The position numbers were made by a program, and so were the translations under genes. This document shows positions 13,207-25,619 of a DNA stretch of 64,000 nucleotides, in pieces. The stretch spans positions 89,668,649 to 89,732,648 of the forward strand of contig NC_068981.1 in NCBI RefSeq assembly GCF_001194135.2, given 5' to 3'. Below the pieces are notes generated by a model, which was not told the origin of the DNA, did no database searches, and saw only the letters and a list, made by a program, of their open reading frames with translations. The DNA is from Octopus bimaculoides. Taxonomy: Eukaryota. Position 1 is the stretch's first letter; every line of letters starts with the position of its first letter.

Positions 13207-13485
13207 CAGTCATGACTGACCAAGGAATTGCACCAAGGAAGGTCTCCTCCGAGGCACAAATCTGAGCCAAGTTGTTTATGGAAGACTAGCAGTCGCCTAC
13301 GCATACCAGCCTCCCCTAAGGCTGGCCTTTTGAAATACAGGTACTATTCACTTGTTTCAGCTGAGTATACTGTAGCAACGTGAAATAAAGTGTCTTGCTC
13401 AAGGACACAAGGCGCCGCTGGGAATCGAACTCGCGACCTTACGATCGTGAGCCGAATACCCCCACCACTAAGCCACACGCCTTCA
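13207..13485 (-). mobile_element. tRNA-derived SINE (family B head, chimeric tail)
   Basis: Head GAAGGCGTGTGGCTTAGTGG...GAGTTCGATTCC. Tail 13207-13318 matches the tail of 14571-14898. Confidence 0.8.
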
Positions 13486-14164
13486 CTCTGAGTGTTCTAA
13501 TGTGTAATTTATGCAACAGACACAGCGATAGTTCATCTCCATAATAAACGTGAGACCAGGTGGAAGTCATTGTTTTTTAACTAACTGATTCCATCAGGAA
13601 TTACACAGCAATCCATCTAATTGCACGTCAAAATATGAAACATGATGTATAAAGGAATTCTGGGTCAGCGTATCTAAGTTAATACTTTGATATGTTCAAA
13701 TGACAATCATATTTCTCTCGTTTCTTCTCATTACTTTCCGTTATTAAACTTGGCCGATCTAATTCTATTTCAAGGGAGGTAATGCAATAGTTTATCTCGT
13801 TTCATCTGATGTACATTAGGCCTATTTTGATCTGTATCTATTTCGGAAAGATGAAAATCACCAAGGAAAGCTATCATTTAAAACAAAACTTATATGGGTA
13901 CAAGAATTTCAGAGTGAGTAGAAAATGACTAAATAAAGGCGACTCAAAACATTGTTAAAATGTATATATTTCTTAAATATTTTATTATAGGCGAGCGCTT
14001 GAATGCATATCTAAACGATTTTAAGATTTCTGCAGTTTTAAGATTTCTGTAGTTTTAAGATTTCAGTGATTTTCATCTGAAAATTTAACTACTTATTCCA
14101 CTGACCACCCACAAGAAAAAAAAAAAAAGAAGATATATCAGTGTTTCATTGCGATAAAATGCTC

Positions 14165-14211
<47 letters not shown>

Positions 14212-14377
14212 CTCTCTCTCTCTCTCTCTCGTGCATTCTTAAGCCTCCTGTTCTTAGAACAAGCGGCACTGGTTGCAAGGGAAGTAAATAATATTTGGTA
14301 GTAGCAAATGCTACATAAATTACAAACACGATAAGTGTACACATAAAACGTGGAAGTATACAAGCTAGCTCTCTCTC

Positions 14378-14416
<39 letters not shown>

Positions 14417-14570
14417 TTCTCTCTCACGCACATACACATACTCGCACAACTTTGATGTAATCTAAATTTGATTGTCTCCCATTCTTCCACCTGTAAATTA
14501 GGGATCTGTTTGTTGTGACTTCTAAAAACGTTTTGCTAGTGATGCAAGCATTTGTATCAAGACTGTATAG

Positions 14571-14898
14571 GTAAAGACCCCCTTCGGTCATGAATAACCA
14601 TGGGATTGCACCTAGATACTCCCCGCCCCCCGCCCCCGGGGGCACAAGTCCGGGCAAGGTTGTTTATGGAAGACCAGCGGTCGCCCATACATACCACCCC
14701 CTCCACACCACCGATGTTATTCAAAGGAAAGGCAAAGGTCGATACAGCTTGGCACCAGTAACGACGCAACTCATTTCTACAGCTGAGTGAAATAAAGTGT
14801 GTTGCTGAAGAACACAACACACAGCCCGATCTAGGAATCGAACATACTACCTGAGGATTGTGATCCCGACGCTCTAGCCACTGAGCCATGCGCCTTCA
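14571..14898 (-). mobile_element. tRNA-derived SINE (family B head)
   Basis: Head GAAGGCGCATGGCTCAGTGG...GTTCGATTCC. Shares its middle with 13320-13485 and 58090-58236. Confidence 0.8.
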
Positions 14899-15142
14899 AG
14901 TATCATGTATATGTACCGTAGACAACATACGGTAGACCTACTCTGCCCCTATAAATATAAATAGCAAAACCGTCTTTCAATAGGGATTTGATACTCTGGC
15001 GTCATTCAACAGCGCTACGTCGGAGTTGATACATATGCCAAAGCGACAGACTTGTACTTCACTCCAGTCATACAGTGAAACAGCATTAATTAAATCTCTG
15101 AACGTTACTACAACTTCTAAGCTATCCTTAAAATCTCCGGTA

Positions 15143-15314
15143 TACGAGGGGGTGCTGAGAAGTTCGTGGCTTTGGGTAAAAGACAAGATCAATTAATTAT
15201 GAATTTACTCAACATATTCTTCTATCAAATTCACACACTTATTGCATCAGTTTTTCTAAGCCCTATAAAAGATTTCGGAGCCCCATAAAGTCAGCAACCT
15301 TTCAGCACCCCCTC
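15143..15314. mobile_element. Mariner-type MITE (collapsed)
   Basis: TIRs GAGGGGGTGCTGAGAAGTT / AACCTTTCAGCACCCCCTC. The same TIR occurs in a fragment at ~17878-18037. Confidence 0.75.
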
Positions 15315-15352
15315 CACTATCTCTCCCTATCTTTCTCTCTTTTTCTCTCTCT

Positions 15353-15384
<32 letters not shown>

Positions 15385-15966
15385 GTATATATATATATAT
15401 ATATATATATNNNNNNNNNNNNNNNNNNNNNNNNNNNNNNNNNNNNNNNNNNNNNNNNNNNNNNNNNNNNNNNNNNNNNNNNNNNNNNNNNNNNNNNNNN
15501 NNNNNNNNNNNNNNNNNNNNNNNNNNNNNNNNNNNNNNNNNNNNNNNNNNNNNNNNNNNNNNNNNNNNNNNNNNNNNNNNNNNNNNNNNNNNNNNNNNNN
15601 NNNNNNNNNNNNNNNNNNNNNNNNNNNNNNNNNNNNNNNNNNNNNNNNNNNNNNNNNNNNNNNNNNNNNNNNNNNNNNNNNNNNNNNNNNNNNNNNNNNN
15701 NNNNNNNNNNNNNNNNNNNNNNNNNNNNNNNNNNNNNNNNNNNNNNNNNNNNNNNNNNNNNNNNNNNNNNNNNNNNNNNNNNNNNNNNNNNNNNNNNNNN
15801 NNNNNNNNNNNNNNNNNNNNNNNNNNNNNNNNNNNNNNNNNNNNNNNNNNNNNNNNNNNNNNNNNNNNNNNNNNNNNNNNNNNNNNNNNNNNNNNNNNNN
15901 NNNNNNNNNNNNNNNNNNNNNNNNNNNNNNNNNNNNNNNNNNNNNNNNNNNNNNNNNNNNTATATA

Positions 15967-16035
15967 TAAACTTAGATCAGATTTGTTTCGACCAAAGATT
16001 GGTCCAGGCCATGTCTAACTTAATACCACCATCTG
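15967..16035 (-). mobile_element. Isolated 3' tail of the same CR1/L2-like LINE
   Basis: aaacttaga...gtttcgaccaaagattgg(t/c)ccaggccatgtctaacttaata matches 54709-54760. Confidence 0.7.
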
Positions 16036-16377
16036 ATATGCATATACGTATGTTTGATGAACTCTCCCATTGAAGATGGCGTAAGACCGTTCAGCATTTG
16101 TTGAACGATTTGCTGAAACGATTCGCTTATAGTGATTAAATGTATGTACCGTACATTATCTTAGTTCTAGCATCAAAATGGCGTTGTCTGGAGAGTTGCA
16201 CGTCAGATGGCGAAGTGATCACCGAGCCATATGAGATGAACTGTTATGCTCAAAAACACACCGCACCACCCGGTCTAGGAACTGAAACCACGATCTGGCG
16301 ATCGTGAATCCAACACCCTAACCACAACCTCTCTCTCTCTCTCACACACACACAGACATATTTGTATATGTATGGAC

Positions 16378-16408
<31 letters not shown>

Positions 16409-16481
16409 TGTAGGTATGTATATAATGTATTAGATTATATATTATAGTATAGCATGTCATATATTATATACAAATACAAAC

Positions 16482-16649
16482 CAGTGATTTTTAATACAAC
16501 AAGGGGGTCCACCATAGGTAAGATATCCATAAGATCCTGAAGTTTGAATGGTCCTTTTGGATGGATTCTATCTGAACGCAAAGTTCCTGAGTTGATAAGG
16601 GCAACATCAGCTTGTGTTGCTGACAGCATTATGTCAGTAATGAAATTCC
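16482..16649 (-). CDS. 5'-nucleotidase-family exon
   Basis: ttgtag acceptor, GTTTGT donor, 168 nt, phase 1/1: (G)NFITDIMLSATQADVALINSGTLRSDRIHPKGPFKLQDLMDILPMVDPLVVLKIT. Contains the NSGxxR 5'-nucleotidase C motif. Confidence 0.95.
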
Positions 16650-16745
16650 CTACAATGCAAGTCGTAAAATGAAAAAGTCAGGTCGTTTCATGGAGTAACA
16701 ACAATAGGTGTTGAATTAAAAATGCTCGATACTTTGATTAAGACT

Positions 16746-16955
16746 TTAGAAAAAAGCCACCAGACATATAAAAACAGTATTTTCTTCTCGGTTAAAGAAA
16801 GGCAGCGGGACGATCGTCACGATGGATTCAATTGACAGTCGAATCGGTCCCACACGCGACAGCAAGTGTTCGACATAAACCCAGAGGTCAGAAATGCTCG
16901 GGCATTGGACGACTGCATGCAGGACCGTCTCGTTGCTTCGCTCACAAAAGGGCTC
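16746..16955 (-). mobile_element. L1/Tx1-like ORF2 C-terminal zinc-knuckle fragment
   Basis: PFCERSNETVLHAVVQCPSISDLWVYVEHLLSRV matches the CxxC...ETxxH...C-LW pattern (first Cys lost). Confidence 0.55.
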
Positions 16956-16974
16956 TCATTGTTTACATTTTCGA

Positions 16975-17178
16975 ATGAACCTGAAGAAAACTCTAACTGG
17001 ACCCCACCTGCAAGGTCATGCGCTGTTTATCCTGATATAATGTCACCATGTCGTATATATATGGTTGTGATTCATGTGCCTGGTGTACACGTAATGAACG
17101 GGTAGTCATGATGGGTGTACTGGGCTTCGTATATTTTACCCCAGTGTCACTTTGATGGTATGCACTGCTCCCTCACTC
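16975..17178 (+). mobile_element. Non-coding (AAT)n-tailed retroposon, copy 3 (heavily 5'-truncated)
   Basis: Reverse complement of ~2691-2895, followed by (AAT)n at 17179-17238. Confidence 0.75.
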
Positions 17179-17239
<61 letters not shown>

Positions 17240-17396
17240 TAACAAAATCAATGAGTTATGAAGTCTTGTTTCTTTTTCCATTATCACGAATAGAATAGAA
17301 TAGAGGAAAACTGGTTTGAGGATATATATCAAATATCAAAAATAATCAAAATGACACTTCAACTTCATAAAGATCACATATAAAATATACATTTAC

Positions 17397-17492
17397 CTAA
17401 ATTGGTTTCCCGTGTGCGGACGGCACTAAATCTGCCATCGAGTGGCACTGATATATTACCAAGCTCTTCATCTAATTTGGTGTCAACAATTT
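17397..17492 (-). CDS. 5'-nucleotidase-family exon (start of C-terminal domain)
   Basis: ttttcag acceptor, GTAAAT donor, 96 nt, phase 1/1: (K)IVDTKLDEELGNISVPLDGRFSAVRTRETNL. Confidence 0.93.
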
Positions 17493-18221
17493 CTGAAAAA
17501 TACAGTTGTACAAGATAGTTTTGAAGCAACCGTTTGTTAAAATTAATGCCGTATACAATCAAATCAGTATAACACTTCCGTATTAACAACATAACAAATA
17601 TCATTATGTCTACTCCAAATGCAAATATTACTACAATCAGTTTTGCCTCAATTGTCACCATATCTGACTCTTCAACTATCATCATTATTACCATGATTTA
17701 CATCACCACATTACCACTCACATTATCCTTTTCACGAATATCTCTAGCACAGTGACAACCGGTTGAATGGAAAGGGTACCAATATACTATGTCCTACCAC
17801 TAACTCCCAGTTCACAAGCGTATTTTGAGTGGAACGCATTATACTATTCTCCAAATCTCACAGAGTCTGTTACGACATACGGGGGGTGCTGAAAAGTTCC
17901 TGGCTATAAGGGTATCGCGAAAGGCCTGGCTGGTGGCCTAACATTTAGAGTTCTTTTACAGGGTTTAGAAAAAACTGAAGGACCGCTGCAATATGTGTGT
18001 GAATCTGAGAGAATATGTTGAATAAAATCATAATTAAGTGATCCTCCTGTATTTTCTCGTATCCAAAACCAGGAACTATTTAGCATCCCATCGTATATTA
18101 TAGACAACGAACTCACCATTGTAATTTTAGTAAGACATTAAATGAAACACTTATTGTATTAGAGAGATATTTTACTCATGTACAAGAAAATGACACATAA
18201 TTAATTATTCTTTTCTACTGT

Positions 18222-18424
18222 AGGCACAAGACTCGAAATTTTGGGGGAGGGGTCCAGTCGATTAGATCGACCCCAGTACACAACAAGTACTTAATTTATC
18301 GACCCCGAAAGGATGAAGGGCAAAGTCGACCTCGGCGGAATTAGAACTCAGAACGTAAAGACAGACGAAATACCACCAAGCATTTCGCCCGGCGTGCTAA
18401 CGTTCCTGTTAGCTCGCCACCTTA
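18222..18424 (-). mobile_element. tRNA-derived SINE (family C). Other copies: 23334-23537, 36985-37188, 40708-40893 (all -) and degenerate ~46975-47100 (+)
   Basis: Shared ...tcgaccccgaaaggatgaaaggcaaagtcgacctcggcggaatttgaactcagaacg...gccagctcgccacctt. Pol III box-like motifs on the minus strand. Confidence 0.85.
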
Positions 18425-20044
18425 AAGTATTATTGTGAAAATGGTGAATAACGTTTCTTTTATAGCATCAAATTTTATTAAAAAAAGAAAACGCTATTTA
18501 TTTTCGGAACCCACATTGAAAAACTCGGCTACTACATTGTATCTATACTGCATTGTAGCAGCAGATTACTTAAGCGCACGCGGCTCCAGTGCACATAACT
18601 GTAAGTACACGGTTATAGTTATATTATAAAGAAGTTGTCTAGCAATTACTAATTTCACGTTAGATCTCACTTAGCACATCTTGGGTAAATATCTTCCACC
18701 ATAAACTCATGATGACTAAAGCAATACTAGTTAAATTTGTTATTAGAAGGTTTGCAAGTCTGTCAAAGGCACTACTCTTGTTCATAGATAGACGACATAT
18801 TCTGACACTCAGTTTAATACCAGATCCTGGCCTTTGCAAACATTGGTACTAGAATCCTAGTCTATTGATAACCTCTCTTCCTCCTGTCAATCATTGATGC
18901 CTGAAAATGGTCGTCGGCACTGTTTCATCTGATTACGCCACGAAGAGAAAATGATCATAAGATGGAGAATGAACAAGTATATTCCACTTCTTTAAGGAGT
19001 GGCAGGACTTTGTTGCTCTTATGGTTCTTGGATATATAGTGGTCTTGCTTACATAATACTATCGTTCTTAGACAAAGTGGATCCGATCTGAAATCACTGG
19101 CAAGACTCTGAATAGTAACATCATTATTATTCCAACAAGCGCCGTTATGAGCGAGTATTAGATTGAAAACTAGCACAAAAAAAAAACATGCAATTTCATA
19201 TGCGTTTTTTATTAGCTGGTTATTTTAACCAGGCACAAAGTAGCTCATTTGCTTAAAAAGCTAAGTGGGTTATTGTGAAGTTTATGCTTTTCCCCGCAGA
19301 ATTGCTTGTTAAATTGGAGAAAATGAATGTGCCTCAGTTGAGAATTAAAATTAGGTCTGAGAATGGATTAAAAAAAAACTGCTGCTCGACACAAATGAGG
19401 ATTATTTTACTATATCTACAATTAATCTACCATTGTTATGTATCTATCCATAACAATGATTTGAAAGTATTCGTAGAGTGTACGAAGCTCAGTAGATTAA
19501 GTGTCATATTGCCAAATTTTGAATTCACAGGTTCGTGTAATCTGTAACATTTCTTGGGAAAATATCAAATTATACACTATATAGGCAATTTGTAGGAAAT
19601 AGATAACAGATATTTCTCTGAAAGTTACTTATTTTTATTATCCAATAGGAGAAATTATCTGTCAATAACTTAATTTTTGCCGAAGAAATTTATATTGAGT
19701 AGAAGTCGTGTCGATTCATACGTTTTGTTAAATGTTTAACTTTTTGACTCGAAATACCAGAAAATTGTAGTTTTTGAAACAATGTATATCTGATTAACAG
19801 TTAACTCCGGTCCAGGATTACCTGTTCCCATTTAAGATACAGATGAAAATAACCAAATAAATATTACAGGTGTTTTCGTATTAACAAAAGAGTCTTGGCA
19901 AGACACTAAAAAACAATATTTCCAAAGTTTATGTAATGTAATTAATCAATGTTAATCAAGAAACAAATTAGTATCTTTCTGATGTAATCAATTTTCATTT
20001 ATATTTTCAAGATATTGTAAATGGTAAATATGGTAAATACTCAC

Positions 20045-20219
20045 TTAAATAATCATTCACAACTTCTTTTGTGTCTTCATCTTCAGGGTATGAAGAATCC
20101 AGATCTATTCTTTCTATATCCACAATGACACTGGAAGGTTCAGGTGTGGGCCATTTTAGGGTAATTTTACTGAGATTGCGAAAGTCAGTACCACTTTTGA
20201 GGATGTACCTACCATTTAC
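20045..20219 (-). CDS. 5'-nucleotidase-family exon
   Basis: tttcag acceptor, GTGAGT donor, 175 nt ending phase 1: VNGRYILKSGTDFRNLSKITLKWPTPEPSSVIVDIERIDLDSSYPEDEDTKEVVNDYL. Confidence 0.92.
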
Positions 20220-21286
20220 CTGAAAGTCATAGAAAATTCATATACAAATAAATATATTAGCGGAAACATTATTTCTCTTAAAAAAAAAAAAAATTATACT
20301 ACATTTACTATTGACGCAGAGGATGGATGGATGGATGGACGGATGGATGGATAACGTGTGTGTGTGTATGCATCGGAGAGTGAAGTAATTTCAACAGGAG
20401 TTCAAAGGTAAAATTTAGAAACTTAATGATTCAAATAGTTTGTCATTTTACAGTGGTAGACATTGCTTGTTGGTTTGGGGAAGGCTTCTGTACTAAATGT
20501 TGAAATGTTCGTCCTCAAAAGATAAATTTGATTCTGTCGTTTGAATTATTATTTTATACCGATGAAGAGAGTACCCGGATTCTATAATTTTATAAGAGAA
20601 AATATTTGAATGAATTGACGCACAGTAGGATTGATCCCGTAGCAAACGTGATCGCAAAACGAAATTCTTAACCATTTAGCCATGCTTGCACCTAAGCGAG
20701 TAATTTATTTTCAAAATTTTCAACTATGATGTAAAAAGAGTGAAACGAAATAATTCTTGTAAGGGAAATAACTCTAACTGTATTTGAAAAAGAAGGGACA
20801 TAACTATTAATTATCCATTAAAGATAAAAAGTTTTCTGAGTGATTTGAAACAGATATTAAGTTTGAACAAACGCCTTCCATTTTATTATTCATTTGTGTT
20901 CATAGTATTATATAGATTGGAGTTGATTACAGAGAAATGTAATGTATATCCCAGAAAACACAACTGTGTTCACACAGGATTATATTTTGAAAACGGTGTT
21001 ACCCGATTTACATAAGGGACATAACTGCATATTTTATTTTTCAATACACCTGTTTTTTAAAGATTCTTTTATTCTTTTATCTGTTTCAGTCATTTGACTG
21101 CGGCCATGCTGCAGCACCACCTTTAGTCGAAACAAATCGACCCCGGGACTTATTCTTTGTAAACCTAGTACTTATTCTATCGGTCTCTTTTGCCGAACCG
21201 CTAAGTTACGTGAACATAAACACACCAGCATTGGTTGTCAAGCGATATTNNNNNNNNNNGGGGGGGGGACAAACACAGACACACAA

Positions 21287-21333
<47 letters not shown>

Positions 21334-21719
21334 CGACAGGCTTCTTTCAGTTTCCGTCTAGGTCGGCCCGAGGCTATAGTAGAAGACATTTGCCCAAGGT
21401 GCCACGCAGTGGGAATGAACTCGGAACTATGTAGTTGGTAATGCATTTAATAAATTTTGATACTTAATTATTGAAGTAAAACAGGGTTTTGCGTGCTTTT
21501 GAATGGCTAATATATCTATCTCACGCTGTAACTGTTTTTGTTTCAAACCCAGATCTCAGATCAAATCATTTGCCAGTCAACTATATCACCGTATTTAATA
21601 GGACGCTGGCTCCCCTCAAGATCTTTGTCTAGTGTTCGAATACAAACATATGTACGTACGTACGTATGTATGTATGTATGTATGTATGTATGTATGTATG
21701 TATGTATGTATGTATGTAT

Positions 21720-22150
21720 GCCAAGTATCAAAAGAATATTAGCAAGTGTCCAAACCCCCCGTGCAGAGATAGGAAACTCATGTAGAATTAACAGCGAGTT
21801 AGGGCTGCTGTCGACCAACAATAATGGGGACTCATATACACAGTAATAAGTTGAGACAACAAAGAAATTGTTTAAGATCAGGTCAAATAATCACAGGTCC
21901 ACTTTTAGAAGCCAAGAGAGATACAATATCCCAAAGAATGCCAGCTATATTTGGCGATTAAAAGAAGGAACGCCGTACAAAATCAACTGGAAAAATTGCA
22001 AGAAATGATTTATTCATACCTGAATGGATGTAGACGTCTCAAACCTTTGTTTTATTAGAAAGGAGAATCGTTAAAAACATTTAGCATGGTTCAGATGCTT
22101 AGCTGAACACAAAAAGCGTTCTATTTTGTTGCTACGCGCATGAACAGAAA
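21720..22150 (+). mobile_element. Penelope-like GIY-YIG remnant
   Basis: KKLFKIRSNNHRSTFRSQERYNIPKNASYIWRLKEGTPYKINWK (~21860-21995), with stops upstream. Confidence 0.55.
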
Positions 22151-23582
22151 TTTGTTTTGGCAATGTGGCTGTCCCCATTCTTTGGTTCAGGAAATAACAA
22201 ATATATACCCTCAAACAGCTGACACAATTCAGTCTTGGCGGACATGGATTCATGGGAGATAACTCTTTTTTTTTTTTGGTCCGAAAAACTCTTCAAGTTT
22301 CGATCCGGTTCTAATAATCCATTACAGAGGATATATCATAAACAATTAATAATCATTTATGAACATATCAATGGCCAAACATGTTATTATAAAATATATA
22401 ACTAAGGGGATTTCAAAAACCCTTACATGTTTAGAAATAGCAGTTAAAACCGCTATAAAGCCCCTATTGTCACTCATATTATTTTTCCTCGTGATAAAAG
22501 CTGTCTGCGGGCGACATGACGTATAGAATCCACATCTCAAAAATAAATGGTTAATTCCCAATTGCAATTTCAACGTTAGGAACCTATTAAGGGTCACATT
22601 CGTCTTATCAGGGGAATGTTCCAATAGATAGAGATCAATACAAGACATTACCATGGTGCTTATATGTATCCCGACCGGCATTGAATTCAAATGTCATGCA
22701 CAGCGTTCATGAGAAAAGACTGGTAAATTTGAACCACCATAAACCACCGGATTTGAGTTGGGAAAATTAAATAATTAAGAAGTAATGCAAGAATACATGT
22801 ATTTATATGTGTATGTATGTATATATATATGTTTATATGTCCGTCTGTCTGTCTGCCTGTCTGTCTGCCTGTCTGTCTGTCTCTCTGTCTGTCTATCTGT
22901 CTGTCTGTCTGTCTGTTTGTCCGTATGTATGTATGTATGTATGCACGCGCTCGCGTTCGTGTGTTTGTGCTTACACTAGTACATTTGTACATAGACGGTG
23001 TTGCCCAAAAATAGAGAGAGTAGGGGACAGTAAACGATGTGTGATGAATCAGTGTCTTGTATGCGTAAAATGAGAAAAAAAGTGAACATATTGTGGAAAA
23101 CTGATACACACAAACTTAAATATTACATTGAAAAAGTAATTTTCATTTTCATTATTTTAAGCTCTAGCATTATGTTTTATGATTGCAAACTAGTAACTTG
23201 GAAATGCATCATAACTTGCAAATGTTAAATGATTAAAATGTAAAAAATAATATAAATTTCTAAATTAAAAAAAAAAATCATAAGTAAATCTGACTATTCG
23301 TTTTGCTTGCAAATAAAAGTAATCGTTTCTACTATAGGCACAAAACCTGAAATTTTGGGGAAGAGGGCTAGTCGATTACATCGACCCCAGTGTTTTACTG
23401 GTACTTAATTTATCGACCCCGAAAGGATGAAAGGTAAAGTAGACCTCGGCGGAATTTGAATTCAGAACGTAGTCACAGGTGAAATACCGCTAAGCATTTC
23501 GTCCGGCGCGATAACGGTTCTGCCAGCTCGCCACCTTGTTTGTTAAATAGAAATAATGAATTTGTTTCTTCCATGAATATAC

Positions 23583-23705
23583 CTCTTTAAGGCCATAATC
23601 ATGATCATGACCCCCCAAGATGAGGTCGATATGTTCTGCTTCTTCTGCGAGGCGTTCATCATTTGGCCACCGCATGTGAGTTAGTGCGATGACGATATCT
23701 GCACC
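23583..23705 (-). CDS. 5'-nucleotidase-family exon with metal-binding THM and GGHDH motifs
   Basis: ttgtag acceptor, GTATAT donor, 123 nt: GADIVIALTHMRWPNDERLAEEAEHIDLILGGHDHDYGLKE. Confidence 0.95.
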
Positions 23706-23974
23706 CTACAAAATGAATAAAATAAAGAGTTAGTATATGTACGTACACAAACATATATATGCATATGTGTATATATTTATATAATGGGCATTACTACAGA
23801 AAAATAATAATACCACACACTGGACTTCTCAAAATAACCACATTTATATAAATATAAACGAATAATTATATTCTTGGGAATAGAAATTTCCCTTATGAAT
23901 TTTTTTACACACTGGCTTCTTGATAAAATTCTTGTAAAAGAGTTTTATCCCTTTTTGAATTTATTAATCAAATA

Positions 23975-24110
<136 letters not shown>

Positions 24111-24217
24111 AAGAGAGTATGTATTATGTATGCATGTATGTATGTGTTCGTGCGTACGTGGATGGATGGATGGATGGATGGATGGATGGATGGATGGATA
24201 TGATAGTCATTACTCAC

Positions 24218-24343
24218 GTCATCTTTCAATTCTTTTCCAATTTTTGAGCCAACAGCCACAAAGTCTTGAAATGTTACATCTTCAGGGTCAAGTGTGCCTA
24301 ATGTAGCAATCCATTCTTTTTCTACAAGTCCAATTAGACCTAT
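24218..24343 (-). CDS. 5'-nucleotidase-family exon
   Basis: ttttag acceptor, GTGAGT donor, 126 nt: IGLIGLVEKEWIATLGTLDPEDVTFQDFVAVGSKIGKELKDD. Confidence 0.92.
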
Positions 24344-25041
24344 CTAAAACATACAAAATAAATTTATTACCTCATCATAACAAATTATAAAAGCTAATCA
24401 AAAGTATAAAAGAAGCGAACAGAAAAGGCACGGATGTGTCAGTTGTCTATATAAGTATCGCAAAACGTGGAAGATGAATTGTTCAGGCACTGAAACGGTA
24501 AAGTTACCTTCTTGAGTCATACCGACTCATAAGGTTTTATTCTAATTTCCTCTATCCATCTGTTCAAAATTTTAGGGATATTTCCCAATGAACCTGATTT
24601 GAGTATTGAGCTTCTCAACCATTGTTGGGATTTTGCTTTATCTATTTCTTTTCTGTTTAGGTTAACCCAATATATATTTGCCATTTAGGGGCTTTTCTTA
24701 CCATCGTTTAATCACGATACGTTATTGTTCCAGTTTTAGTTTGAATTTCAGTTTTTTACAGCTTTTGTTGTTTCTTCTTTTCCTTCGTAGTTGTCAGATA
24801 CTATGACTTCTTTTTTGTATTTTGTTTTGTAGTGCTTCGTTTTGCTCGTCTTTTGTGGCTATCAGGTTTCCTTGCTTCTGAAGTAGGTATTTCTGTAATT
24901 CTATGGTGGTTATTTTATAATAGTTTTCTAGTTGTATAAGGTCTCTGCCACCTTCAATACGTTATATATATGTCTTAGCTGTACAAAGCTTCTTATACAG
25001 CTAAGTTAATTATTGTTGGTGTTGGTGTTTCTATTATTATT

Positions 25042-25518
25042 GAGTGAGAGAGCAGTGCATACCATCAGAGTGACACTGGGGTACAAATATACGAAGCCCA
25101 GTAAACCCATCGTGACTATCCGTCTGATAAGAGTACACAAGACACATGCATCACAACCATGTGTGCGACATGGTAACCTCATATCAAAATAAACAGCATA
25201 TGACCTTGCAAGTGGGGCCCTGTTAGAATTTTCTCCATGTTGAGTAGCCCATCTCGCTCAAAAGGTCCCTGAATAAAGGTTGTTTAAGGATATCGAACGA
25301 AACACCCATGTTTCCAGTGTTGAATTATCCAAACCCCAAAGAATTCATCTCAGCACGTGGCTATGATGCTCCTCCCCCCCCACTAGTTTTGCTCGTGATT
25401 AGAGATGCACGTATTGTCAGCGACTAAGAGACATGCTCAACTGGTTAAGGTCAAACTGATAAGCAAGTCTGTGGTATTAAGCAGCATATTTGCTGTAGCC
25501 CATCTTTTATGCCAAGAA
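25042..25518 (-). mobile_element. Non-coding (AAT)n-tailed retroposon, copy 2
   Basis: Aligns by eye to 2691-3160 and lacks ~80 nt of the 5' end. Confidence 0.75.
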
Positions 25519-25543
25519 AATCTTATTATTAACATTATTATTA

Positions 25544-25616
<73 letters not shown>

Positions 25617-25619
25617 CAT

